From: an uncultured Eubacteriales bacterium
GTDB taxonomy: Bacteria > Actinomycetota > Coriobacteriia > Anaerosomatales > CAVRZR01
Assembly: GCA_964354215.1 (NCBI GenBank)
Contig: CAYGYT010000001.1
Location: forward strand, 146,054 to 210,053
Length of the DNA: 64,000 nt
Reading direction: 5' to 3'
Both the position numbers and the translations under genes were made by a program. Shown piece after piece: positions 9,064 to 18,571 of this stretch (position 1 is the stretch's first letter; every line of letters starts with the position of its first letter). The notes under the pieces were generated by a model. The model was not told the origin of the DNA, ran no database searches, and worked only from the letters and a program-made list of their open reading frames with translations.

Positions 9064-9702
9064 GTGACTCGTAGACTGCGCCCACTTCTGTTCGAGGACC
9101 TCGACCGCCTCCCCACACTGTGTGGAGGCTGTGTCTTCTGGGAGACCGCCGAGATGCACGAGCGGCGGTGCGGTACGTCCTGCGACCTGACGGTCCTGCG
9201 CTCGTGGTACGAGCGCGTCACGGACGAGTGGGGCGACTGCGGCAGGGTGGCGCTTGACGACGACGGTGAAGTCATGGGCTTCATCAAGTACGCGCCCAGC
9301 GGGTACTTCCCGCAAGCTGCCACGTTCCCTGCCCGTCCCCTCTCCGGGGACACGGTACTGATCGCCTGTCTGCACATCCGAGACGACGCGCGCGGTCAGG
9401 GCCTGGGCCGCCTGCTGGTCCACGCCGCGCTGAAGGACCTGAAGAGCCGCGGTGATCGCTCGGTGCAGTCGTTTGCGAGCGCTGGGCCGTTCGATCCTGC
9501 GGTGATGCCCATGATCGGTATGAAGTACCTGCTCAACCAAGGCTTCTCCGTGGTGCGCCCGGATCCCGCCTTCCCACTCATGCAGCTGGACCTGCGCTCG
9601 CTTGCGATGCTCGCCGAGAATCTCGAAGCGGTGCTCGAGTCGCTTCGCGCCCCACTGCGCGCGCCCTCCCGCGTTCCCGATCCGACGACGCGGGCGAGGT
9701 AG
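9064..9702 (+). CDS. GNAT family N-acetyltransferase
   Basis: The acetyl-CoA binding block is LHIRDDARGQGLGRLLVHAALKDLKSRG. Confidence 0.65.
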   Translation: MTRRLRPLLFEDLDRLPTLCGGCVFWETAEMHERRCGTSCDLTVLRSWYERVTDEWGDCGRVALDDDGEVMGFIKYAPSGYFPQAATFPARPLSGDTVLIACLHIRDDARGQGLGRLLVHAALKDLKSRGDRSVQSFASAGPFDPAVMPMIGMKYLLNQGFSVVRPDPAFPLMQLDLRSLAMLAENLEAVLESLRAPLRAPSRVPDPTTRAR

Positions 9703-9704
9703 CG

Positions 9705-10190
9705 ATGGCTGAGGTGCCGAAGAAGGCCGGCTCTCGCGAGCGGGTCCGCAGTTTCCTCGATGCGCATGGCCTTACGGAGGGCCTCGTCGAGTTCGAGCAG
9801 TCGACGAAGACCGCGCAGATGGCGGCCGACGCCATGGGATGCGAGCTCGGTCAGATCGTGAAGTCGCTCGTGTTCGTCGTCGACGACCGGGTCGTCCTCG
9901 CCTTGGTGGCCGGCGACCGCCGAGGCGACACCAGTGCCATCGCCGCGCTGGTGGGCGGCTCGGATGCCCGATTCGCGGATGCGGACACGGTTCGCTCGGC
10001 GACCGGCTACGCGATCGGCGGGGTGTCTCCGTTCGACCTGCCCCACGACCTGCTCGTGCTCTTTGACGACTCGCTCGAGCGCTTCGAGATCGTCTATCCG
10101 GCGGGAGGAACCCCGTCGTCCATGGTCAGGATGTCCCGTCGGCAGCTCCTCGAGCTGACGCGCGGGCGCGTGGCACGCATCTCGCATTAG
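9705..10190 (+). CDS. YbaK/EbsC-type aminoacyl-tRNA trans-editing deacylase domain protein
   Basis: Blocks seen: IVKSLVFVVDD..VLALV.GD, ATGYAIGGVSPF, and IVYPAGG found in the YbaK/ProX family. Confidence 0.75.
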   Translation: MAEVPKKAGSRERVRSFLDAHGLTEGLVEFEQSTKTAQMAADAMGCELGQIVKSLVFVVDDRVVLALVAGDRRGDTSAIAALVGGSDARFADADTVRSATGYAIGGVSPFDLPHDLLVLFDDSLERFEIVYPAGGTPSSMVRMSRRQLLELTRGRVARISH

Positions 10191-10197
10191 GGGCCGC

Positions 10198-11328
10198 ATG
10201 AGTTCACTGCCCGTACAACCACCCGCTCCCCGGCGCATCCCGCGCTTGTACGTGGCGCTCGTGGCAACGCTCTTCGCGGCTGGTCTGGCTGCCTCTCTCG
10301 GCGCCGGTTCATCGGTGCGTGTCACGGTCGACGGGAAGACCCACCGGTTGGAGTCCGGTACGACGATCGCCGACATCGTTCAGGCCGGCTACGTCGCCGG
10401 GAGGCCCGGAAACATGCTGTCGGCCACGACGCACCGTGTCGTGGCAAGCGGCGGCGCGTCGATCCGCGTGTGGCGTAATGGGCGCCCGGTCACAAGCGAC
10501 CGAATCGTGTACGACGGCGATACGGTCACGAGTGCCGACGGCACGAGCGTGACCGAGATGGTCGTGGAGAAGCGCGTGCCGATTCCCGTGAGCACTCAGG
10601 TCGTAGGGTCAGGCCCGCTCGTCACGCTTGCAGCTCCCGGCGCGGTAGGGGTCCGCCAACTGAGCGTGGGCGCCGTTTCCGGCGACGTCGTAACGAGCAC
10701 GGTACTGGTGAAACCTTCGCCGATGATCGTGAAGCGCTACGGTCGGCAGACTCACGAGAAGGTCGTCGCGCTCACCTTCGATGACGGTCCGTGGCCTGGC
10801 CAGACCGACAAGATCCTGCACATTCTTCGGCAGTACAAGGTCAGGGGCACCTTCTTCATGGTCGGCTACCTCGCGAAGAAGAACCACTCGCTCGCGCACA
10901 AGGTCGCCGCCGAGGGGCATCTCGTGGGCAACCACACCGCGGGTCATCGGATGCTCACGCGATTGAGCGCCGCTTCCGTCGATGACCAGATTGAGCGGGG
11001 AGAACGGATACTCGCTCGGAGCACCGGCGAGACGCCGGCCTGGTTCCGGCCGCCCGGGGGCGATATCTCGCCGGCTGTGTGGGCACGCGTGCGCAAGGCG
11101 CGTCTCAAGGTCGCGCTCTGGAGCGTGGATCCCCAGGACTGGAGAAAGCCGGGCGCGAAGCAGATCGCTCACCGGGTCGCCATCAATACGCGTCCGGGCT
11201 CGATCGTGCTGCTGCACGACGGTGGCGGGAACCGGGCCCAGACGATCCAAGCGCTGCCGGTCATCATCCGCTCCCTGCAGTCGCGCGGCTACCGCTTCGT
11301 GACGCTGGACGAGATGCCGGTTCGCTAG
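10198..11328 (+). CDS. Membrane-anchored polysaccharide deacetylase (NodB homology domain)
   Basis: An N-terminal TM is followed by VALTFDDGPWP..T..IL..L....V.GTFFMVG, GHLVGNHT..H, WFRPPGG and LLHDGGG. Confidence 0.8.
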   Translation: MSSLPVQPPAPRRIPRLYVALVATLFAAGLAASLGAGSSVRVTVDGKTHRLESGTTIADIVQAGYVAGRPGNMLSATTHRVVASGGASIRVWRNGRPVTSDRIVYDGDTVTSADGTSVTEMVVEKRVPIPVSTQVVGSGPLVTLAAPGAVGVRQLSVGAVSGDVVTSTVLVKPSPMIVKRYGRQTHEKVVALTFDDGPWPGQTDKILHILRQYKVRGTFFMVGYLAKKNHSLAHKVAAEGHLVGNHTAGHRMLTRLSAASVDDQIERGERILARSTGETPAWFRPPGGDISPAVWARVRKARLKVALWSVDPQDWRKPGAKQIAHRVAINTRPGSIVLLHDGGGNRAQTIQALPVIIRSLQSRGYRFVTLDEMPVR

Positions 11329-11960
11329 CGGCTCGTTTCCGCCCCAGGTTCGGGCACCTGCGCGCCCACCACGTGGACCACAGTCGACGGCGTCACAACC
11401 AGGTCGACGGGCTGGTCGTGTGGCTCGGTGGGCACCTCGTCGAGGAGCTGTTCGTCGAAGGCCAACCCGATGCGCAGCGGCCCTTCAGGCAGCCGCGCGA
11501 GGAAGCGGTCGTAGAAGCCCCCGCCGTAGCCGAGTCGGTATCCTCGGCGGTCGAATGCCACCCCCGGAACGAGCACGACGTCGATCTCGTTCGCATCAAC
11601 GCGCGGCGATTCCGGCCGCGGTTCGCGAATCGAGTAGGAGCCGAGGACGAGTTCGTCGGGGCTGCCGACCTCGTGCAGATCGAGCACGTTGTCCGATGTG
11701 ACGCGGGGGTAGGCGATCCTCACGCCTCGCTCGCGGAGCCGAGCCACCGCTCGCGCGGGGTCGAGCTCCTCTCGATTGGCGCCGTAGCCGAGCACGAGGC
11801 GCGCATCGGCGAGCTCGGGAAGGCCCGACAGCGCGTTGGCTATGGCGACGGCCGCCGCCTCGCGCGTGTCCTGTGCAATTGCTCGACGACGCGCCCGCGT
11901 CGCCTCCCGGAGCCCGGCCTTCCGTGCCGCGAGTGTCCCCATGCCCCCACTGTTCGCCAC
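11325..11960 (-). CDS. 5-formyltetrahydrofolate cyclo-ligase
   Basis: Blocks seen: IDVVLVPGVAFDRRGYRLGYGGGFYDRFL and the terminal VDLVVTP. Confidence 0.8.
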   Translation of the reverse strand: MANSGGMGTLAARKAGLREATRARRRAIAQDTREAAAVAIANALSGLPELADARLVLGYGANREELDPARAVARLRERGVRIAYPRVTSDNVLDLHEVGSPDELVLGSYSIREPRPESPRVDANEIDVVLVPGVAFDRRGYRLGYGGGFYDRFLARLPEGPLRIGLAFDEQLLDEVPTEPHDQPVDLVVTPSTVVHVVGAQVPEPGAETSR

Positions 11961-11994
11961 GAGCTGTCTCCGAGTTCGCCGTACGTTCTGTTCG

Positions 11995-13263
11995 CTAGCC
12001 CAGGCCCAGCACCGTCATAACGAGCAGCGCGACGGTCAGTCCGATCACTACCAGTATCGTCGTCCAGGATACGAGGTTGTACGCCCGGCCGTTGACGTAC
12101 CTGCCCATTATTCGGCGGTCGTTCACGATTCCCATCATGAAGATGAGCAGGAAGGGCAGGAGAACGCCGTTCACGGCCTGCGAGAGCACCATGATCTGGA
12201 TAAGCGGCGCCTTGGGGATGAGGACGAGCGCCGCGCCGACGAAGATGACGAAGGTGTAGATGCTGTTGAAGATCGGGGCCTCCGACCACGAACGATCGAT
12301 GCCGCGCTCCCAGCCGAACGCCTCGGTGATCGCGTAGGCCGCGGTAAGCGGCAGCACGAATGCGGCGAGCAGCGAGGCGCCGAACAGCCCGATCGCGAAG
12401 AGCGCGCTCGCGTAGCGACCGGCGACCGGCGCCAGTGCCTGTGCCGCCTGTGCGGGGCCGCCAACCCCGCTGATCTCAACTCCGCGAGGGAACAGCACGG
12501 TGCCCGTCGTCACGATGATGAACCAGGCGATCACGTTCGCTGAGATCGCCCCCGAGATCACATCGACGCGCTGGTAGACGAGGTCCTTGGCGGTCACGCC
12601 CTTGTCGACGATGTTGCTCTGCACGAAGAACTGCATCCACGGGGCAATGGTGGTGCCTACGGTTGCGATCACGATGAGCACGAAGCTCGCGCTCGGGATG
12701 AAGGTCGGTACGACGGTGGCGCGCAGAACCACGCTCCAGTCCGGCTTTGCCATGAACGCCGCCACCACGTACGCCAGGAACACGCTCGAGAGAGCGAGCA
12801 GGAGCTTCTCGATGTTGCGGTACGAGCCCCGCACCACGAGCAGCCACACCGCGACGGCAGCGACCGGCACCGAAAGGTACTTGGACACTCCAAAGAGCTC
12901 GAGCGCGGCTGCGATGCCGGCGAATTCGGCGACGGAGGTGGCCGCATTGCTCGTGAGCAGCGCGAGCATCGCGAAGAGCGTCGGCCGTATGCCGTAGCGC
13001 TCGCGGATGAGCGCCGAGAATCCCTTGCCGGTGACCGCTCCCATGCGCGCGGCGGTCTCTTGGACGATGACGAGCGAGAACGTCATCACGAAGATCATCC
13101 AGAGCATCGCGTAGCCGTAGCTCGTGCCGGCGACGGAGTACGTGGAGATGCCACCGGCGTCGTTTCCCGCCGAGGCAGCGATGATACCGGGGCCCATGGC
13201 CGCCAGCACCGCCAGAACGCCTGCCCGGCGAGTGCCGCGCTTGCTATCGGCGACCGCGGGCAA
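11995..13263 (-). CDS. mntH: NRAMP family divalent metal (Mn2+/Fe2+) transporter
   Basis: GPGIIAASAGNDAGGISTYS matches the NRAMP DPGN-type motif region, followed by about 11 TM helices. The track ORF extends to 13407 and overlaps the upstream gene. I place the start at TTG 13263, just after the upstream stop, but the start is uncertain. Confidence 0.75.
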   Translation of the reverse strand: MPAVADSKRGTRRAGVLAVLAAMGPGIIAASAGNDAGGISTYSVAGTSYGYAMLWMIFVMTFSLVIVQETAARMGAVTGKGFSALIRERYGIRPTLFAMLALLTSNAATSVAEFAGIAAALELFGVSKYLSVPVAAVAVWLLVVRGSYRNIEKLLLALSSVFLAYVVAAFMAKPDWSVVLRATVVPTFIPSASFVLIVIATVGTTIAPWMQFFVQSNIVDKGVTAKDLVYQRVDVISGAISANVIAWFIIVTTGTVLFPRGVEISGVGGPAQAAQALAPVAGRYASALFAIGLFGASLLAAFVLPLTAAYAITEAFGWERGIDRSWSEAPIFNSIYTFVIFVGAALVLIPKAPLIQIMVLSQAVNGVLLPFLLIFMMGIVNDRRIMGRYVNGRAYNLVSWTTILVVIGLTVALLVMTVLGLG

Positions 13264-13267
13264 GCGG

Positions 13268-15130
13268 CTAGCTCCACGCGACGAGGAGTACCCCGCCGAC
13301 GAAGGACAATCCCAGGTAGCACACCGTGGCGAAGAGCATCGCCCCGAGCGAGAGCCACGTTGCCGAGACCGGCCGTTCGCCCTCGCTCCGACGGCCCGCG
13401 AGTTCACCGAGGAGCGCGCCCACCAGTACGGTGGCGAGCACGGACAGGCCCGTCACGACCCCGAAGACAGCGGCTGTCTTCTCGGCGCCCCCAGAGGTGA
13501 TTTCGACGAACGCGAAGGCGACAAGCCCGATCGCGAGCGCGATCGCCGTTCCCAGGGCGCTCTCGGCGAGCAGTCGTCGGCCAAAGGAGGGCCGCTCGCC
13601 CTCACTGGTCGGGTCGATGAGTTCGGCGACCGCGCGCGAAGATGCCTCCTCGCCCGTGCGCAGCAGCAGCGGAAGCAGGATGACTGCCATCGACACGAAG
13701 ACCAGCGCGTCGGGCAGCCACGCGGGGGGGACGGCCTGAGCGAACCGTTCCTCGAGCTGCTGCGTTGACAAGGCGAACGCCAGCAGCGCCGCGACCCAGA
13801 TGATCGCCCACCCGCTGCGCCGCACGATCCACCAGCCAAGGTTCGCGACGCGGCCGTACTCGCGCGGCGATCCCGTCGCGATGGCGAGGTCCTCGTCGGC
13901 CTCCTCCTCCAACACGTCGAGCGCGTCGTCGACGGTGACGATGCCGAGGAGCTTGCCGGTCTCGTCGACGACGGGGAGTGCGAGCAGGTCGTACTTGCTC
14001 ATGGTCTCGGCGACGTCTTCCTGGTCCTCGTCGACATCGGCTGTGAACAGGTCGGTCTCGGCGATCTCGGCGACCGTAATGTCCGGCGCAGACATGATGA
14101 GGTCGCGAAGCGAGACGACGCCCGTGAGGTGACAGTCGTCCTCGATGACGTAGATGTAGTAGATCGACTCGTGCTCGGCGGATTCGGCGCGCAGATGGTT
14201 GATGACCTGCTCGACCGTCATGTCCTCGGTCACGGTCGTGACCTCGGGCGTCATGATGCCGCCGGCCGTCTTCTCCTTGTAGCCGAGGAGCGACCGGATC
14301 TGCCGAGACTCCTTCACGCCCATGAGTCGCAGCAGGCGCTCCGCCTTGTCGTAGGGGAGATCGCCCACGATGTCGGCTGCGTCGTCAGGGTCCATCTCCG
14401 CAAGAAGAAGGGATGCCCGGCGCTCCGAGAGGTCGTCGATGACGTCCGCCTGGTACTCGTCCTCGAGTTCGGTGATCGCTTCGGCGGCCTGTTCGTTGTC
14501 GAGGTGCTCGAACACCCTCGCGCGCTGGCTCGGCGACAGCTGCTCGAGGATGTCGGCGACGTCGGCCGGATGGAGCTCGTGGAGGCGCTTGTGCGTGACC
14601 GAGAGCTGGACGTGTGAGAGGTCTCGGTCGAGCAGGTCCATGTAGTTCCACGCGATGATGTTCTCGGGAAGCTTCCCGCCGAAGAGGCGCGTGATCCGAA
14701 CGCCGAGGCGCTCGATTGCGGGGGAGATGCCGCGCAGGATGCCGCGGAAGCCCACGTCGGCGCCCAACAGGCGCAGCTGGTTGCGAGACTCGGAGAGCTT
14801 GAGGTCGTTCACGCGAACGACCTTCATACCTTGCGTGTCCACGATCTGCTTGCTCATCAGGTCGCGCGCGAGCAGGACTTCGTCGGGCTGCAGGTAGGAG
14901 AAGCGAAGCTGCGACTGCTCGGCGTTCAGTCGCACCTGTTCGTCGTCGAACTCCATGACGTACTTGCGCCATGACAGCATGAACGGCGTCTTGTCCGGTC
15001 CGACGAACGCCAGCGACGTGACGCGCGGAAAGATCTCGCCCGTCGCGATGGCGACGTCGTTGATCGTGCCGATCTCGGCGCCTGCGGCATCGACCACCGG
15101 CTTCCCGAGCATGCGGGACAGGTAGATCAT
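13268..15130 (-). CDS. MgtE-related protein: 2x PRC-barrel + MgtE_N + CBS pair + non-canonical 5-TM C-terminus
   Basis: The MgtE N-domain block is HPADVADILEQLSP..R..VFE.L....AAEAI..L. A CBS pair follows (IMTPEV..V; LLALPVVDETGKLLGIVTVDD). The C-terminal TM region lacks the canonical MgtE GGNAG.Q and DPA motifs. Confidence 0.7.
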   Translation of the reverse strand: MIYLSRMLGKPVVDAAGAEIGTINDVAIATGEIFPRVTSLAFVGPDKTPFMLSWRKYVMEFDDEQVRLNAEQSQLRFSYLQPDEVLLARDLMSKQIVDTQGMKVVRVNDLKLSESRNQLRLLGADVGFRGILRGISPAIERLGVRITRLFGGKLPENIIAWNYMDLLDRDLSHVQLSVTHKRLHELHPADVADILEQLSPSQRARVFEHLDNEQAAEAITELEDEYQADVIDDLSERRASLLLAEMDPDDAADIVGDLPYDKAERLLRLMGVKESRQIRSLLGYKEKTAGGIMTPEVTTVTEDMTVEQVINHLRAESAEHESIYYIYVIEDDCHLTGVVSLRDLIMSAPDITVAEIAETDLFTADVDEDQEDVAETMSKYDLLALPVVDETGKLLGIVTVDDALDVLEEEADEDLAIATGSPREYGRVANLGWWIVRRSGWAIIWVAALLAFALSTQQLEERFAQAVPPAWLPDALVFVSMAVILLPLLLRTGEEASSRAVAELIDPTSEGERPSFGRRLLAESALGTAIALAIGLVAFAFVEITSGGAEKTAAVFGVVTGLSVLATVLVGALLGELAGRRSEGERPVSATWLSLGAMLFATVCYLGLSFVGGVLLVAWS

Positions 15131-15325
15131 AGGTGCTCCCTCCCTCCGGTGGCGCCGGGTCGGTCTCTCGCCGCCGCGTGGGTCGCGACGTCGCGCTCGG
15201 CCGGCCCGCGCTGGGGTTCCGTCGGGTCTGGCAGGGGTCCCGCCCCCTGCCCGTGACTCGGGAGGAAGCGGGACCTACGGACTTGGAGGTCTCACGCAGG
15301 TCCTTCTCGCTCGGCAACAGGTCCG

Positions 15326-15368
15326 ACAACACGAAACGACCCCTGCGTCCGGGTGTGGACGAGGGGTC
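15326..15368 (-). terminator. Intrinsic terminator-like hairpin in the M-box expression platform
   Basis: The minus strand reads GACCCCUCGUCC-ACACCC-GGACGCAGGGGUC followed by GUUUCGUGUUGU. Confidence 0.45.
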
Positions 15369-15480
15369 GGCATGCGGTCGCGCGCCGGGGCGTTCCTCGG
15401 CTCGGCCACGTGAAGCCCGACCGCGCCGGTGGTGCTTGGCGCGCCCGGACCGCTCCCTCCCTCGTCGCAAGGATTTGGCA

Positions 15481-15662
15481 CTGTCCGACGTAGGACGCGC
15501 GCGCGGGTTCGCGCGACGCAGTGGGATTGCCCACCCCATGATCCAGCCACCTTAGCCTTCGCCTTAAGCCGGCGAGGGCTGTTCTACCCATTGGCGTCTC
15601 TCGACATTTCCGGGCAGTGGCCTGTGTTCGAACAGGAGCCGCACCGTAACGGACGGAGCGCT
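15481..15662 (-). promoter_or_regulatory. M-box (ykoK leader) Mg2+ riboswitch aptamer
   Basis: The minus strand reads CCGUUACGGUGCGGCUCCUGU ... CUGCCCGGAAAUGUCGAGAGACGCCAAUGGGUAGAACAG ... CUUAAGG ... GGCUGGAU ... CCUACGUCGGAC. This parallels the B. subtilis mgtE leader blocks GUUAGGUGAGGCUCCUGU, CUGCCCAAAAAUGUCCAAAGACGCUAAUGGGUCAACAG, UAAGG, GCUGGAU and CUACG. The closing P1 helix is GUCCG/CGGAC. Confidence 0.8.
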
Positions 15663-15801
15663 TCTGTGGTGTCAACGCTCGCCAGACGCGGCGAGCACAG
15701 GAATCGTACACCCGCGTTTGTGGACGGCGCAACCAAATGCGCTGCTCGGACGCGCCGCCGAGCACGTGCGCAGTGTACACAAGCCGTCCGCGCGTGCTCT
15801 G

Positions 15802-16770
15802 CTACAACCCGCGCGCTTCCAGCCACAAGCGGGCGAATTCCGCCCACCCGTGCCCCTGGCGCGCGCGGGTGACGTACGCGTTGGGCGTGGCTGCCACGCC
15901 CACAGCGAGTGCCGGTGAGTCGAGCCCGTTCGCCACGAGGGCGAACAGGCCCACCGAATCGGCCATCTCCAAGTCGCTCGCAGAGTCGCCGATCGCCGCA
16001 GCCTGCCCGGGTCGCAGGCCCCGCGCCGCGAGGTCCTCGGCAAGTGCGCGCGCCTTTGACGCACCCTTGGGCACCAAGTGGTACGCGTGGATCTGCTCGA
16101 CGCCTGTCAGGCCGTGCCGAGGCGGGTGGATGATCCCGTTGTCGACGAACCCGATCGGCAGCGCGAGCGAGTCGAGCACGGCTTGCGCCGCGTCCACGTC
16201 AACCTCGCCGCGCAGGATGTGCGTTGCGAGCCGGTCGCGGTCCCACGGGAAATGACGCTCGATACGACCGGGGAACGCGGTCTGCAGGGCGTCGAGGGCG
16301 CCCGCCTGCTCGATCGCCTCGTACGGCGTGAGGTGCTCGGGTACGAGGTCGGGCGGCCAGTCACCGGTGCTGTAGGTCATGGTGCGCTCGCGGCCGACGG
16401 ATCGGATGCAGCCGACCTCGCCGATGAAATCGGTCCAGCCCAGAAGCCGCGTGTTCTCGGCGAGCTGAATGGCGTTGCGTCCCGAGACCATGACCACGGT
16501 CAGGGCCGCCCGGTTCACCGCAACCACGGCCTCGACCGTCTCGAGCGTGGGTTCGCCGCGGTCGTCCGTGAGCACGCTGGCGCCCCGGCCAAGCAGCGTC
16601 CCGTCGAGGTCGGTGTAGAGGATCTCTATGCCCGCGAGGGCTTCGAGCGCCTCCGGCGATTCGGCGAGAAGGCGCGGCGCGCTGGGGCCTGGGCTATCAC
16701 TGTTCATGGAACCGATGATAGCGCGGAGGGCGGGTGCGCCGGACAACGCACTCAGATTCGTGCGCCGCAC
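15802..16770 (-). CDS. HAD-IIB (Cof-type) family hydrolase
   Basis: Blocks seen: ILYTDLDGTLLG (motif I), VMVSGR (motif II), AAIGDSASDLEMA (motif IV). An alternative start is the ATG at 16707. Confidence 0.7.
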   Translation of the reverse strand: MRRTNLSALSGAPALRAIIGSMNSDSPGPSAPRLLAESPEALEALAGIEILYTDLDGTLLGRGASVLTDDRGEPTLETVEAVVAVNRAALTVVMVSGRNAIQLAENTRLLGWTDFIGEVGCIRSVGRERTMTYSTGDWPPDLVPEHLTPYEAIEQAGALDALQTAFPGRIERHFPWDRDRLATHILRGEVDVDAAQAVLDSLALPIGFVDNGIIHPPRHGLTGVEQIHAYHLVPKGASKARALAEDLAARGLRPGQAAAIGDSASDLEMADSVGLFALVANGLDSPALAVGVAATPNAYVTRARQGHGWAEFARLWLEARGL

Positions 16771-16862
16771 TGCGCGACACGGTATAAGGATAGAATCGGC
16801 GACGGTGCCTCAAGCCTGGCAAGGTACCGGCCTGCCCCGCGACCCTCACAACTCGAGCTGGA

Positions 16863-17477
16863 GTGACGATGCGCGACCCGTTCGAAATGCCCTTCCCTCA
16901 GTACCGCTGCCCGACGTGCGGCAAAGACCTGCCGCTGAACGAGGCGCGCATGATGGTGACGTGTGCCGAGCACCAGAGGAACGAGCCGATCGCGTTCTCA
17001 GTCCGCGAGGCCAAGCCGGCCGACAAGCACGACATCGAGGAGATCTGCGACCGAGCACTCGGAGAGACCGACGTCGACGTCTTCGGCAAGACGTTCGATG
17101 TGCTCTCCGGTCTGAACCTCGTAGCGCAGGCCGACGGTGCGTTTGCCGGCCTGCTCGCGTGCGCCGTCGAGGGCGGCAGCCTCGCAATCGTGCTCCTCTC
17201 GGTCTACCCGGACTTCCAGGGCCAAGGCGTGGGGAATGCGCTCCTGGATGCGGCCGACACGCTTGCTGCCGCGAGGCGGCTCCCATTCCTTCGCGCGGCC
17301 GCGAGCAACGACGACATCCCGCAGCTCTACTTCTATCAGCGCCACGGCTTCGCTATCGACGAGATAGCCGTGGGGGCGGTCGCCGACCAGCTCGGCTCGG
17401 TGGTCGCCGGGTTCTCGGGCATCCCCGTGCGAGACGAGATCCGCCTTCGGCGGGCCGTCTGTGCGAAGGAGAGCTGA
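16863..17477 (+). CDS. GNAT family N-acetyltransferase with N-terminal Cys-pair (zinc-ribbon-like) segment
   Basis: CPTCG...TCAEH is followed by VYPDFQGQGVGNALLDAA and YFYQRHGF. Confidence 0.7.
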   Translation: MTMRDPFEMPFPQYRCPTCGKDLPLNEARMMVTCAEHQRNEPIAFSVREAKPADKHDIEEICDRALGETDVDVFGKTFDVLSGLNLVAQADGAFAGLLACAVEGGSLAIVLLSVYPDFQGQGVGNALLDAADTLAAARRLPFLRAAASNDDIPQLYFYQRHGFAIDEIAVGAVADQLGSVVAGFSGIPVRDEIRLRRAVCAKES

Positions 17478-17524
17478 CCGCACGATCGCGCGGCACACAC
17501 GCCGACACGTCTCAAGGAGGCTTC

Positions 17525-18565
17525 ATGCGTCGCCAGACCAACGGCATCGCCCGTCTGCTGCTCGTAGTGGCACTTGGTGCCGCGCTCTCGGCCGTCGGCT
17601 GTGCCGAGCAGGCAGCAACGCCTGAGCCGGACAAGCTCGCGCCTGCCGCAGACCCCATCCCGGTCAAGATCGGCACACTTCCTACGGAGGACTCGCTCCC
17701 GTTGTGGGTCGCCGAGCAGGAAGGTCTCTTCACGGCTGCCGGCCTGCCGAGCGTCGAGATCGTGGTGTTCCAGTCGGCGCAGGAGCGCGACGCAGCGCTC
17801 GCGGCGCGCGCGATCGACGGCTTCATGGGCGACATCATCGCTGCGGCCAATCTCGAGGCCGGTGGAACGCCCGTGACGATCGCGACGATCATGCTCGGTG
17901 CGACTCAGGCGCAGGGCCGGTTCGGGATCGTCGCTCCCAAGAGCTGGACCGACGGTACCGGCGCCGATGCGCTCGCGCGGCTCGCGAACGTGCCGGTCGG
18001 CACCTCTTCGGCGACCATCCAGGAGTACGTGCTCGATGGCCTCATGCGTCAAGCCGGTGTGTCGAGTGACCAGGTCAAGGTAGAAGAGGTCAAGAAGGTG
18101 CCCGTCCGCTTCGAGCTCCTCATGCAGGGCAAGCTCAAGGCGGCGGCACTCCCCGAGCCGTTCCTCTCGCTCGCCGTACTCCAGGGCGCCAAGCTCCTCG
18201 CCGACGACACTACCGCTACGCCCGCCGGATTCGGGAACGAGAACCTGTCGCAAACGATCCTGCTGTTCTCGGATACGTTCCTCTCCAAGACGGGCGGCGT
18301 CGAGTCCGAAGTAGCGATCAAGGAAGCGTGGGATGAGGCGGTCGCGCTCATCAACAAGGACCCGAACGCGTACCGCGCGCTGCTCGTCGAGAAGGCGCGG
18401 CTTCCCGAGCCGCTCAAGGATTCCTACCAGGTCAACACCTACCCGACGGCGCAACTGCCCACGGAGGCGCAGGTGCAGGCGGTGACGGACTGGATGAAGC
18501 AGCGCGGCTACCTGAAGCAGGACGTCACCTACACGGACCTCACGGTCGTCATGCCCGCGAAGTAG
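17525..18565 (+). CDS. ABC transporter substrate-binding lipoprotein (NitT/TauT, NMT1-like family)
   Basis: The lipoprotein signal is LLLVVALGAALSAVGC, and the fold pattern is NMT1/SsuA-like. The track ORF extends 5' to 16628, but that part is Arg/Pro-rich and non-coding-like. Confidence 0.75.
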   Translation: MRRQTNGIARLLLVVALGAALSAVGCAEQAATPEPDKLAPAADPIPVKIGTLPTEDSLPLWVAEQEGLFTAAGLPSVEIVVFQSAQERDAALAARAIDGFMGDIIAAANLEAGGTPVTIATIMLGATQAQGRFGIVAPKSWTDGTGADALARLANVPVGTSSATIQEYVLDGLMRQAGVSSDQVKVEEVKKVPVRFELLMQGKLKAAALPEPFLSLAVLQGAKLLADDTTATPAGFGNENLSQTILLFSDTFLSKTGGVESEVAIKEAWDEAVALINKDPNAYRALLVEKARLPEPLKDSYQVNTYPTAQLPTEAQVQAVTDWMKQRGYLKQDVTYTDLTVVMPAK

Positions 18566-18571
18566 GCGGAT

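Noticed and set aside
15370-15480. GAGGGAGGGAGCGGTCCGGGC on the minus strand resembles the RNase P RNA GGAAAGTCCGGGC box.
   Set aside because: The universally conserved AAAGUCC is not present, there is no matching P4 partner (ACAGAACCCGGCUUA-like), and the segment lies inside the M-box expression platform.
16628-17524. The 5' extension of the substrate-binding-protein ORF (the track gives 645 aa from 16628).
   Set aside because: The extension is Arg/Pro/Gly-rich and overlaps the GNAT gene in another frame. A clean lipoprotein signal begins at ATG 17525. The 21644..22447 extension of the MFS ORF, which is antisense to lysE, was rejected in the same way.
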